NCBI GenBank assembly: GCA_021780195.1
Contig: JAJXZE010000001.1
Coordinates: 1,603-65,602, forward strand
From: a bacterium
Lineage (GTDB): Bacteria; Patescibacteriota; Minisyncoccia; UBA6257; 2-01-FULL-56-20
Reading direction: 5' to 3'
Length of the DNA: 64,000 nt
Positions 37,108 to 46,031 of the stretch are shown piece by piece. Made by a program: the position numbers and the translations under genes. Under the pieces are notes generated by a model. The model searched no databases, was not told the DNA's origin, and saw only the letters and a program-made list of their open reading frames with translations. Positions within the stretch are counted from its first letter, which is position 1. Each line of letters opens with the position of its first letter.

Positions 37108-38115
37108 TTACGCGGCCGCTTCAGGGTGCGCCTTGATCCATCGTGCCACGACTCCGCGCACCGCGTCCACGGTTTCCGTTTCCATGAGTTCCGCGCGAAG
37201 TTCTTTCGCGCCGTCGAACCCGGCGGCATAGGCCTTGAAGTGTTTCCGCATCACCGAAAAATTCTTGAGGCGCCCGCCGCGCGGCGACGTGCCGTTGCCA
37301 TATAACTTCTCGAAGAGAGCGGCATGGCTCACCATGCGTTCGAGGCGCTCCTCGATCTCCGGCACGCGTCCGGAGAAGAACCACGGATTGCCGAAGAGGC
37401 CGCGCCCGATCATCACGCCGTCGATGCCCGTTTCCGCCGCGCGTCGGCGGGCTTCCGCGAGCGATGCCACGTCGCCGTTGCCGAGCACGAGCGTGTGCGG
37501 CGCGTAGCGGGCGCGGAGCGCGGCGATACGCGGCGCGAGCTCCCAGTGCGCGGGGACATCGGACATTTCTTTCCTGGTGCGGAGATGCACGGTCAGGGCG
37601 GCGATATCTTCCTCGAGGAGCGCCGGGATCCATTCGTCGAGTTGGTCCTTCGCGAGGCCGATGCGCGTCTTTACGGACACGGGAAGGCCTCCCGCGCCGC
37701 GCTTCGCCGCGCGGATGATCTCCGCCGCCCGCGCGGGATCCGCGACGAGCGCGGCACCCGCACCCTGTCGTCCCACCGCCTCATCAGGGCATCCCATGTT
37801 GATATCGATGCCGTCGAAGCCGAGATCCGCGATGAGCGCCGCGGCTTCTTCGAACTGCGCCGGTTTCGCGCCGAATATCTGCGCGACGATCGGGTGCTCG
37901 TCTTTCGAATGCCACAGGTCGACCAGGAGCGCGCCGCGACCCTTCGGGGAGAGGAGCCCTTCGACCGACACGAATTCGGTCCAGAAAACATCCGGCGGTC
38001 CGCACTCCGCGAACATGCGGCGGAATGCCTCGTCGGTCACGTTCGCCATCGGCGCCATGACCATGAGGGGGCGGGGGAGCGACCAGGGATTCGCGCGGGA
38101 GGACATGGGTTTCAT
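37108..38115 (-). CDS. dus: tRNA-dihydrouridine synthase
   Basis: MVMAPMANVTDEAFRRMFAECG ... DGIDINMGCP ... TVHLRTRKEM (TIM-barrel Dus motifs). Confidence 0.85.
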   Translation of the reverse strand: MKPMSSRANPWSLPRPLMVMAPMANVTDEAFRRMFAECGPPDVFWTEFVSVEGLLSPKGRGALLVDLWHSKDEHPIVAQIFGAKPAQFEEAAALIADLGFDGIDINMGCPDEAVGRQGAGAALVADPARAAEIIRAAKRGAGGLPVSVKTRIGLAKDQLDEWIPALLEEDIAALTVHLRTRKEMSDVPAHWELAPRIAALRARYAPHTLVLGNGDVASLAEARRRAAETGIDGVMIGRGLFGNPWFFSGRVPEIEERLERMVSHAALFEKLYGNGTSPRGGRLKNFSVMRKHFKAYAAGFDGAKELRAELMETETVDAVRGVVARWIKAHPEAAA

Positions 38116-38151
38116 TATACCCTGTCATTTTAAGAGGGGGACCGCGGGAAG

Positions 38152-39981
38152 TTGTATAATAGGGGTATGGAAAAGAAAATACGCGGAACGTGGGTTGCGG
38201 GAGTTCTGACGGCGGTAGCCGCGGTGGCAGTAGCGGCGGTTGCGGCAGGGGTTCTGTTTTTCCCCGCCGCGCCCGCCTATGCTATGACGCCGGCCCTCTC
38301 TCTTTCGACGAGCGGCGGCACGACGGTGCAGGTGACCGTAAACGGGGACCCGAACGCGAGCGTGGCGCTCTATTATTATGCCGCGGGCGCCGCGGGAATA
38401 CAGAGCGCCGTGCTCGGCACGACGAACGCGAACGGATATTTCTCGGCTCCGGTCACGGCGTCGTCCTACGGGATTCTCGCCGGAAACGCGGTGTATGTCG
38501 TGGTGAACGGCCAGCAATCGTCTTCCCAGTCGTGGCCCGCGCCCACGGGAACGCCGACCCTGAGCCAGGCGAGCGTGACGGTCGGCCTCGGCCAGAAAAT
38601 AACGGTCTATTCGCAGGGGAGCTCCGCGCCGGTGTATCTCGCGAGCAACTCCAACCCCTCCGCCGCCGCCGTCCAGGCGAACGGAACGCAGGTCACGGTG
38701 ACCGCAAATCAGACGGGAAGCACGAACGCTTCCATCTGCTATACGGGCACGGCCGCGAGTTGCGCCAACCTCTACGTCGTCGTTACGGCGACGGGCGCGC
38801 TCTCCTTCAGTCAGAACAACTTTACCATTCCCGTAGGCCAGAGCACGGCCGTCACGGTGACGGGCGGCAGCGGTACCTACTCCGTCACGAATAACTCGAA
38901 CCCGGCGGTCGCCGCCGCGGTGCTTTCCGGCAGCGTGGTGACGGTCACTCCCGCGACGATGGGCACCACGAACGTGACGGTGTGCGACACGGCGGGCAAC
39001 TGCGGCACGATTTACGCGACGGTCGGCAGCGGCACGGGCACGGGCACCATTTACTTCAGCACGCCGAACCCGTCGCTCACCCTCGGCCAGATCACGACGG
39101 TCACCGCGTACGGCGGCTCGAACTACTACGTGACCGGCAACTCGAATCCGTCGGTCGCCTCGCAGACGCTTTCCGGCTCCACGCTCACAATCTCCGGTCT
39201 TGCGAACGGGACGACGGCCATCAATGTTTGTTCCGCATCGAACGGCTGCGCCACGCTCACCGTTACGGTCGGCGGTTCGACGAGCGGCACCGTGTCCTTC
39301 GGCGTCACGAACCCGACCGTCATCGTCGGGCAGAGCACGAACATCGCACTGACCGGCAACTCGAGCTTCTATCTTTCCTCGAACAGCAACGCAAATATCG
39401 TCACTCCTTCGGTGAACGGCATGACACTCTCGCTCTACGGCGTGAATCCGGGGACGAGTTCGGTGGTGCTTTGCGCGACGGGAAGCGGGGCCTGCGGCAC
39501 GCTCAGCGTGACCGTGGTGGCGGCCTCGGGCGGCACGGCGGGGAGCGGGAGTGCGGCAGGAACCGGTACGGCCTCAAACGCGGCGCTTCTCTCCGCGATC
39601 CAGTCGATGCAGACACAGCTCGCGCAACTTGTGACGCAGATCCAGACCATGGCGTCGACCCTGACGCAGGCGGCCGCGAACCTGACGGGGAGCTCGGGGG
39701 GTACGGCGGCTTCAGGTACGGGCGCGGGAAGCGCGGCATCTTCCGGTTCGGCGACCACGAGCACGGTCTTCACGGGATTCCTGAGCGTGGGCTCGCAGAA
39801 CGCGCAGGTCGCGGCGCTCCAGCAGTATCTTGCGAAGAAGGGTTTCTATAACGGCGCGGTTACCGGCTACTACGGTTCGCTCACCGCGTCCGCGGTGAAG
39901 AGCTACCAAGCGGCGCACGGCATCAATGCCGCGGGCTACGTCGGCCCTTCGACCCGCGCGGCACTGAACGCAGGGGAGTAG
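38152..39981 (+). CDS. secreted/anchored protein with about five Big_2-like Ig repeats and a C-terminal peptidoglycan-binding (PG_binding_1) domain
   Basis: N-terminal TM/signal; repeated roughly 85-aa units (NSNPxVA...G..VTVT...GTTNVTVCDTAGNCGT.YATV); C-terminus ALQQYLAKKGFYNGAVTGYYGSLTASAVKSYQAAHGINAAGYVGPSTRAAL. Confidence 0.6.
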   Translation: MYNRGMEKKIRGTWVAGVLTAVAAVAVAAVAAGVLFFPAAPAYAMTPALSLSTSGGTTVQVTVNGDPNASVALYYYAAGAAGIQSAVLGTTNANGYFSAPVTASSYGILAGNAVYVVVNGQQSSSQSWPAPTGTPTLSQASVTVGLGQKITVYSQGSSAPVYLASNSNPSAAAVQANGTQVTVTANQTGSTNASICYTGTAASCANLYVVVTATGALSFSQNNFTIPVGQSTAVTVTGGSGTYSVTNNSNPAVAAAVLSGSVVTVTPATMGTTNVTVCDTAGNCGTIYATVGSGTGTGTIYFSTPNPSLTLGQITTVTAYGGSNYYVTGNSNPSVASQTLSGSTLTISGLANGTTAINVCSASNGCATLTVTVGGSTSGTVSFGVTNPTVIVGQSTNIALTGNSSFYLSSNSNANIVTPSVNGMTLSLYGVNPGTSSVVLCATGSGACGTLSVTVVAASGGTAGSGSAAGTGTASNAALLSAIQSMQTQLAQLVTQIQTMASTLTQAAANLTGSSGGTAASGTGAGSAASSGSATTSTVFTGFLSVGSQNAQVAALQQYLAKKGFYNGAVTGYYGSLTASAVKSYQAAHGINAAGYVGPSTRAALNAGE

Positions 39982-40016
39982 GTCGTAAGACGGTCCTCCC
40001 GGTGCGCGATCCGGCG

Positions 40017-40880
40017 CTACCGGTTCGTTACAAAGCCGAGGACGGTCACCGCGATGACGGTGAGAATGAGGCCGACCCACTGGTGACGCGCCAATTGTTC
40101 CTTGTTGAAAGCGATGCCGAGCGCGCTCGCGAACGCAATATATCCTTCGCTGATGCCCGTGGCGATGGCGATCGGGATGAAGAGCATTGCATACGAGAAA
40201 GTCACCCATGCAAGGTTATCGAAAAAGCCGACCGAGACAATCAGACGGCGGTCGGTTCGCCATCCCTGGCTGATTTTTTTCAGCTGGGATGTCGCGGCGA
40301 GGTAAACGAACGCCGCCGCGGCGACAAAGGCGCTCGTAAACCAGTTGATTGCGAGCGGATCGGTCTCACGGGCGCCTAGACCGAAGAGAAAGTTGGCCAC
40401 CCCCATGCCGATGGTGGCGAAGACGGCATACCATATTCCCCGTTCCACCTTGGTGCGCGCGAAGGCGCGGAGGGAGCGGGTCGACACGAGGAAGAGACCG
40501 GCGACGAGCGCGATGATGAGGCCGATCTGCAGGGGAGAGAGGCGTTCATGGATGACGAACGCGGCGAGGAATGCGGCGACCGGGATTTCGAGCGCATAGA
40601 TCGGTTCGACAACGGAGATCTTTCCGACCCGGAGCGCTTCGAAGTCAAGAAGCACTGCGGAGAGGAGCACGACGCTCGTGCCCCACATAAGAACGGCGTG
40701 CAGAGTAAGGAAGACGCCAAGATCGCGGTAGACGAACGGGAAGAGCACGATCGATGCGAATGCGGTGATATAAAAGAGGGCGACCCAGTCGCCGAATTTC
40801 CTCGCGCTCCGCTGGATCAGGAAGTCGCCGAGTCCCCAAGAGAGCAGGGCGGCGACGGAGAGCAGTATTCCCATAGGCAT
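40017..40880 (-). CDS. EamA/DMT-family transporter
   Basis: 287 aa, 10 TM segments, MPMGILLSVAALLSWGLGDFLIQRSARKFG. Confidence 0.75.
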   Translation of the reverse strand: MPMGILLSVAALLSWGLGDFLIQRSARKFGDWVALFYITAFASIVLFPFVYRDLGVFLTLHAVLMWGTSVVLLSAVLLDFEALRVGKISVVEPIYALEIPVAAFLAAFVIHERLSPLQIGLIIALVAGLFLVSTRSLRAFARTKVERGIWYAVFATIGMGVANFLFGLGARETDPLAINWFTSAFVAAAAFVYLAATSQLKKISQGWRTDRRLIVSVGFFDNLAWVTFSYAMLFIPIAIATGISEGYIAFASALGIAFNKEQLARHQWVGLILTVIAVTVLGFVTNR

Positions 40881-41019
40881 CAGTGTAGCGCATTTTCCTG
40901 CAGGGGGTCTATGCGCGCGAGGGATTTAATGCTTCGTCCTTCTTACTGTGCGGAGGCGGTGTTCCGAAGTGAGAACCCGTCCGGGCGTTTTCATTTCATC
41001 GTGTTGATAAAAGATCTTG

Positions 41020-41106
41020 CGGAGGCGGAAGGATTCGAACCTTCGAGGGGATTGCTCCCCTAACATCTTAGCAGGATGCTGCCTTCAGCCACTCGGCCAC
41101 GCCTCC
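41020..41106 (-). tRNA. tRNA-Ser (anticodon GCT), class II; CCA not encoded
   Basis: Reverse complement reads GGAGGCG TG GCC..GGC A GCATC-CTGCTAA-GATGT, long variable arm, GAAGG-TTCGAAT-CCTTC, CGCCTCC, G. Confidence 0.85.
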
Positions 41107-41182
41107 GTTATTTTTTCCGCACGAGATTAGAATAAAGGAAATACTTGTTTTTATCAAGATTTTCTGCTATATTTCACGGGTT

Positions 41183-42676
41183 ATGGCAAGTAAAACGGCG
41201 CTAAAAACGGAAGGGAGCGGGGTGCGGCCGAGGCCGCCGATCGTGGTCGTGATGGGCCACGTCGACCACGGCAAGACGACGCTCCTCGACTATATACGGA
41301 AGGCGAGTGTCGCCGCGCGCGAGGCGGGCGGCATCACGCAGGCGGTCGGGGCGTATGAGATCGAACACGTTCCGGCGGCCGGCGGCGCGCCGCGGAAGAT
41401 CACGTTCATCGATACGCCCGGGCATGAGGCGTTCAGCGCGATGCGCGCGAGGGGCGCCACGGCCGCGGATCTCGCGATCCTCGTGGTCGCGGCGGACGAA
41501 GGCGTGAAGCCGCAGACCAGGGAGGCGATCAAGATCCTCGAAGACGCGAAGACGCCGTTCGTCGTCGCGCTCAATAAGATCGACAAGGCGGCGCCGGGCG
41601 CCGTCGAGAAGGCCAAGGCCGATCTTGCGGCGGCGGGCGTCCTTGTCGAGGGTTTTGGCGGACAGGTGAGCTGGCAGGGGATTTCGGCGAAGACGGGCGA
41701 AGGCGTCGGCGAACTTCTCGACCTCGTGCTCCTCACCGCGGACATGGAGGAGCTCACGTACGATCCTTCCGCGCCCGCGACGGGCTACGTGCTTGAAGCG
41801 CGCCGCGATCCGCGCCGCGGCATTGAGGCGAGCGTGATCGTGCGCGAGGGAACCCTGCGGCGCGGCGATGCGGTCGCGACGGCAAGCGCGCGCGGGAAGG
41901 TGAAGATCCTCGAGGATTTCCTTGAAAAAACCGTGAATGAGCTTGAGCCGTCCGCGCCCGCGGTCGTGATCGGCTTCGAGACCCTACCGAAGGTGGGCGA
42001 GGAATTCTCCGTGGGCGGGCCTCCGGGTGCCGCGACGAAGGCCGTGGTAAAGGAAGATCGGGCGTCCATCGGAAAATCGCAGAAAAACGCCTTTAACATC
42101 ACGCTCAAGGCGGGCGATGCCGGTTCGCTCGAGGTTCTTTCGTCTATCCTGAAAAATATCGATCCCAAGGGAGGGAAAACACTCAATATTATAGAGGAGT
42201 CGGTTGGGGAGGTGACGGACGGCGACGTGCGCCTTGCGCAGGCGACGGGCGCGGTCATCATCGGGTTCAAGAATAGGGTGGAGAAAGGCGCCCGGACGCT
42301 CGCCGAAGCGCAGGACATCACGATCATCACGTCGGGTATCGTCTACGACCTCGTGGATGCGGTCGAGGAATTTCTTTCGGGCAAGCGCGGCCCGGCGGCC
42401 GCGGGGACGCTCGAGGTGCTCGCGGTGTTCAATCAGGAAAAAACGGAGAAGCAGCTTGTTGGCGGGCGCGTAATCGAGGGTGTCTTCCGCGCGAAGGCGG
42501 GCGCGGAGATCCTCCGCGGCGCCGGACATCCCGAACCGGTGGGCGTGGGCCGCATCATGAGTCTGCGCGAGAAGAAGGCGGAGATCGTCCAGGCCGAAAA
42601 AGGGAAGGAGATCGGCGTGATCGTGAACTCCGCCGTCGTGCTCCAGGCGGGAGACACGCTTGTCATACGCAAATGA
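41183..42676 (+). CDS. infB: translation initiation factor IF-2 (short form beginning at the G domain)
   Basis: [29 protein letters not shown]-motifs; 497 aa. Confidence 0.9.
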   Translation: MASKTALKTEGSGVRPRPPIVVVMGHVDHGKTTLLDYIRKASVAAREAGGITQAVGAYEIEHVPAAGGAPRKITFIDTPGHEAFSAMRARGATAADLAILVVAADEGVKPQTREAIKILEDAKTPFVVALNKIDKAAPGAVEKAKADLAAAGVLVEGFGGQVSWQGISAKTGEGVGELLDLVLLTADMEELTYDPSAPATGYVLEARRDPRRGIEASVIVREGTLRRGDAVATASARGKVKILEDFLEKTVNELEPSAPAVVIGFETLPKVGEEFSVGGPPGAATKAVVKEDRASIGKSQKNAFNITLKAGDAGSLEVLSSILKNIDPKGGKTLNIIEESVGEVTDGDVRLAQATGAVIIGFKNRVEKGARTLAEAQDITIITSGIVYDLVDAVEEFLSGKRGPAAAGTLEVLAVFNQEKTEKQLVGGRVIEGVFRAKAGAEILRGAGHPEPVGVGRIMSLREKKAEIVQAEKGKEIGVIVNSAVVLQAGDTLVIRK

Positions 42677-43014
42677 ACTTCCGCACCGAGCGCGTCGGCA
42701 AATTGATACGCGAGGAGCTTGCGAAGATCATCATCCGCGAGATCGAGTTCGCTCCTGGGACGCTCGTCACGATCACGGAGGTCGACGTGGATAAGAAGCT
42801 CGAGCACGCGAAGGTGAAGGTGAGCGTTTTGCCGTCCGCGTCGGCGACGTCCGCACTTGCGGCTCTCGGCGCCGCGGCGGGGTCTCTGCAGTACCTTCTC
42901 ATGAAAAAGATCAACATCAAGCCGATGCCGCGCATCGCATTCGCGTCCGACCGCGGGCCGGAACGGGCGGCGACGGTTGAAAAAATACTGTACGACGGTA
43001 AGATAGGGGGATAG
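42673..43014 (+). CDS. rbfA: ribosome-binding factor A
   Basis: [24 protein letters not shown]... ; canonical infB-rbfA order with a 4-nt overlap. Confidence 0.8.
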   Translation: MNFRTERVGKLIREELAKIIIREIEFAPGTLVTITEVDVDKKLEHAKVKVSVLPSASATSALAALGAAAGSLQYLLMKKINIKPMPRIAFASDRGPERAATVEKILYDGKIGG

Positions 43015-43067
43015 GTGAGGGGGGTCGGCGTCCCGGGTGGCGCCGCGCGGGCGCCGGAGGGGGGAAC

Positions 43068-43140
43068 GGCCACGTGGCGAAGAAGCTAACGCGGCGGTCT
43101 GCAAAACCGCTATACATGGGTGCGAATCCCATCGTGGCCT
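43068..43140 (+). tRNA. tRNA-Cys (anticodon GCA)
   Basis: GGCCACG/CGTGGCC acceptor, anticodon arm GCGGT-CTGCAAA-ACCGC, T-arm ATGGG-TGCGAAT-CCCAT, discriminator T; D-loop lacks GG. Confidence 0.65.
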
Positions 43141-43193
43141 CACGAAACAAGTTGTGCTATCGTACGGAAGTATTGCGCGCCACGCGCGATCGG

Positions 43194-43277
43194 GCCCGGG
43201 TGGCGGAATCGGTGTACGCAGAGGACTTAAAATCCTTAACCCGAAAGGGTTTGTGGGTTCGAATCCCACCCCGGGCA
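43194..43277 (+). tRNA. tRNA-Leu (anticodon TAA), class II
   Basis: GCCCGGG/CCCGGGC acceptor, anticodon arm GAGGA-CTTAAAA-TCCTT, long variable arm, GTGGG-TTCGAAT-CCCAC, discriminator A. Confidence 0.85.
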
Positions 43278-43416
43278 CAAAAAAGAAATGAAAAATGTCT
43301 TCCGGCGAATCAGCTTCGCGCCCCGGAAGGCGTTTTTTATTTTTCTCCTGCGCCGCCTAAAAAAAGTTATGCACAGATTTCAAAAATCCATTTTGCTATA
43401 CTGAAAGAAAATAAAT

Positions 43417-43545
43417 ATGCGAAGAACATTTCGCATATTCCCCAAAGGTCGAAACACAACCATCACTGAAATGAAGAAGAAAGCTGCAAAGAAGACCGCG
43501 AAGAAGAAGACGACGAAGAAGGCCGCGAAGAAGCGCCGCAAATAG
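43417..43545 (+). CDS. possible small Lys/Ala-rich basic protein (histone-H1-like repeats), 42 aa
   Basis: MRRTFRIFPKGRNTTITEMKKKAAKKTAKKKTTKKAAKKRRK, followed by a strong intrinsic terminator; not in the ORF track because it is below the length cutoff. Confidence 0.3.
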   Translation: MRRTFRIFPKGRNTTITEMKKKAAKKTAKKKTTKKAAKKRRK

Positions 43546-43565
43546 TTCCGATCGTATTCTTGCAG

Positions 43566-43598
43566 AACCCGCCCTCAAGGCGGGTTTTGTGTTTATCC
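43566..43598 (+). terminator. rho-independent terminator (AACCCGCC-ctcaa-GGCGGGTT plus T-run)
   Basis: agaacccgccctcaaggcgggttttgtgttt. Confidence 0.55.
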
Positions 43599-43623
43599 GG
43601 CCGATGTTTGCTATAATAAACCC

Positions 43624-45990
43624 ATGAAATCCCGAAGCACCGCACTCCCCGTCCTCGCGAGTATCATCGCCGCCGCCGTCCTCTCGGTCGCTCTTCCCGT
43701 GGCCTTCGCCGCTCTTACCTTCACCGGCACGAGCGTCTCCGGCGACGGCAACGTCGCGATCGACGGCTCCGGAACCATCGCGGTCGGCACGTCGAGCGCC
43801 ACCGGAATCACGATTGGAAAATCGGGAATCACGACCACGTTTCCTGGAGCGGTGGGCGTCGCGGGAAATGTGACCGCGGCGAAGTACTACGGCGACGGTT
43901 CGTCGCTTACGGGGGTCGGCACCGCATCCGTAGGATGCCAGACGGCGTCCTCGCTCGGTTTTGCGCTGAACGGTACGGATGAGACCGCGAAGCTCCAGTC
44001 GGTGCTCAATACTTTTTACGCGGCGGGCGGCGGTTGCCTATATATTGACAATGGAAAGACGCTCCGCGTGGACGGCCAGATCGTCATGCCGTATGCATCG
44101 AGCTCGCCCTGGACGATGCCGCCGATCAGGATCACGGGCAATTCTTCCGGGATCGGGAGCGCGGATGCGCTTCCCTCGGTGCCTCCCGCGGGATCGACGC
44201 TCGATCTCCGCTATGCGGGCAATCGTATCGTCTCGCTTGGGCAAGGTACGCTCGAGATCGATCATCTGACCATCGTGAACCGGGGGACAAGTTGCGGCAC
44301 GTTCATGTACAGCACTTTGACCAATATGCGGATCCACGACGATTCGTTTTTCGGGGCGTACGGAGGCGCTTCGGCCTGCGACGACGTGTGGGTGGCGGGC
44401 GCGGCAGTCGCGAATGCCACCATTCAGGGGAACGCCAGCGATTATTTCCAGGGCTATGCGAGCGCCATCAGGGATAATTTTGCCGATCAGATCAGGACGC
44501 TCGTGCGCGGCCAGGCGGCGTTCAATTCCATCCCGATCGTGAACAATACGATCTGGACCAGGTCCGGCCGCGGCCCGACGAACGATGCCGCGATCGAGAT
44601 CGAGGGAGGAACTATGGGCGGCTCCATCTTCTATAACGCAAACAACTACATTGCCGGCAACCTGATCGAGATGCTCGGCTACAACAATGCCATTTATCTT
44701 TCGAACACTGCGGCAAATACGCTGATTGGAAACAGTTTCTGGGACAATTCGAGCGCCTATGCCTACTGTTCCGGTTCGGGGGCGGGAAGCAACATGGTGT
44801 TCGGTTCCGGGTCGTTTTGCCCGGGATGGAATCCTTCCGGCGGCATCCAGCTTACCGGTGCGACGGACACGATCGACCAGAAGGTGCTCTTCACCGCCGT
44901 GCCCCAGTTTCGCTACGGTCTCTATTTCGGCATTGATACCACGCGTGCACTCAGTTCGGCTGCGGGAAATTCTTCCGTGCTCGCGGCCGCAAGCGGAACG
45001 CTCGCGAGCGGCGACCTCGTCTCAATTGATGCGAACGGGAACTTTGTCGATTCGGGGCTCCTTGCTTCCTCGATCGGCGGCGGAGTGAGTACCGGCACCG
45101 CGGGACAGCTCGCATATTATGCCGCGGGCGGAACGACGGTAAGCGGGGTGACCGGTTTGGCGCACGGCATCGTGATCGCGGAGGGAAGCGGTGCGCCGAC
45201 GACAACCGTGGGCGCCGCGGACACGGTGCTTTTGGGGAACGGCGCCTCGCTCGACCCCGCATTCACCTCCATTCCCTCCTGTCCCGATTCCGGAGGCAAT
45301 CACCTGAACTACAGCACGACCACGCATACCTTTGCCTGCGGTACGACCGGCGGTACGGTGGGGAGCGTCGGATTTTCCGGCATTACTGGCGGCACCAACA
45401 CGAGCGCCGCAATGGTAGTGGGCTCCGGCGCATCGCTTGCTCCCTCGGGAAGCGGCACGGTGAGCGCGAATCAGGTGAACGGTGCGGTGCTCCCCACCTC
45501 GACGGGCGTGCTTGGCACGAATGCCAGCGGCCAACTCGTGGCGGGGACGGTGAGCACGCTGATCGATAATCAGGGGCCGCAGTCCGCAGTCACCGCCACG
45601 GGAGGAGATCAGCAGGTGTATGCAACGACGCTCTCAAGCGGTATCCCTGCGGGTAAGTGTATCAGGGTGACCGCGGCATGGACCAATGCCTCGACGAGCG
45701 GGTCTGTGTATGATGTGCTGCGCTTTGGGGGAAGCGGCTATATGTATCTGAACACGCTTGCAAATAACGGCACGTATGTGGGAAGCGCGCTTATCTGCAA
45801 CAACCCCGGTGTGCAGAATGCTCAGCAGGCGATCTCGCTTGGTACGGGAATGGGAGGGCAGTACTTTAATTACGGGGTAAATGCGGCAAGCGAGAATACC
45901 GCTTCGAGTATCGTGGTTAAGTTGACGCTCAATTCCGGTGCGGGAAGCACTTTCACGCCGCTTTCATGGCTCGTGGAGAGCGTGAATTAG
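43624..45990 (+). CDS. secreted glycine-rich protein with tail-fibre-like N-terminal motif and right-handed beta-helix-like region
   Basis: Signal peptide; TGITIGKSGITTTFPGAVGVAGNVTAAKYYGDGSSLTGV (tail-fibre collar-like motif); a region with pectate-lyase/beta-helix character; long Gly/Ser/Thr-rich C-terminal half. Confidence 0.5.
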   Translation: MKSRSTALPVLASIIAAAVLSVALPVAFAALTFTGTSVSGDGNVAIDGSGTIAVGTSSATGITIGKSGITTTFPGAVGVAGNVTAAKYYGDGSSLTGVGTASVGCQTASSLGFALNGTDETAKLQSVLNTFYAAGGGCLYIDNGKTLRVDGQIVMPYASSSPWTMPPIRITGNSSGIGSADALPSVPPAGSTLDLRYAGNRIVSLGQGTLEIDHLTIVNRGTSCGTFMYSTLTNMRIHDDSFFGAYGGASACDDVWVAGAAVANATIQGNASDYFQGYASAIRDNFADQIRTLVRGQAAFNSIPIVNNTIWTRSGRGPTNDAAIEIEGGTMGGSIFYNANNYIAGNLIEMLGYNNAIYLSNTAANTLIGNSFWDNSSAYAYCSGSGAGSNMVFGSGSFCPGWNPSGGIQLTGATDTIDQKVLFTAVPQFRYGLYFGIDTTRALSSAAGNSSVLAAASGTLASGDLVSIDANGNFVDSGLLASSIGGGVSTGTAGQLAYYAAGGTTVSGVTGLAHGIVIAEGSGAPTTTVGAADTVLLGNGASLDPAFTSIPSCPDSGGNHLNYSTTTHTFACGTTGGTVGSVGFSGITGGTNTSAAMVVGSGASLAPSGSGTVSANQVNGAVLPTSTGVLGTNASGQLVAGTVSTLIDNQGPQSAVTATGGDQQVYATTLSSGIPAGKCIRVTAAWTNASTSGSVYDVLRFGGSGYMYLNTLANNGTYVGSALICNNPGVQNAQQAISLGTGMGGQYFNYGVNAASENTASSIVVKLTLNSGAGSTFTPLSWLVESVN

Positions 45991-46031
45991 CGGGTTGCCG
46001 GCAGTCCCCGGAATAGGGCGAGGATGGGAAT

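Noticed and set aside
40881-41019. Weak plus-strand hairpin plus T-run (gaacccgtccgggcgtttt) as a terminator
   Set aside because: There is no upstream plus-strand gene to terminate, and the stem is only 4 bp. It is probably incidental.
43417-43545. Ribosomal protein L34 (rpmH) assignment for the small basic ORF
   Set aside because: Only the MRRTF start resembles L34. The conserved HGFRxRM...GRxVLxRRRxKGR core is absent.
43396-43645. Two minus-strand Ser-rich ORFs (60 aa each)
   Set aside because: They are reverse complements of the Lys-codon-rich (AAG/AAA) small ORF. The plus-strand ORF has a terminator in the correct orientation.
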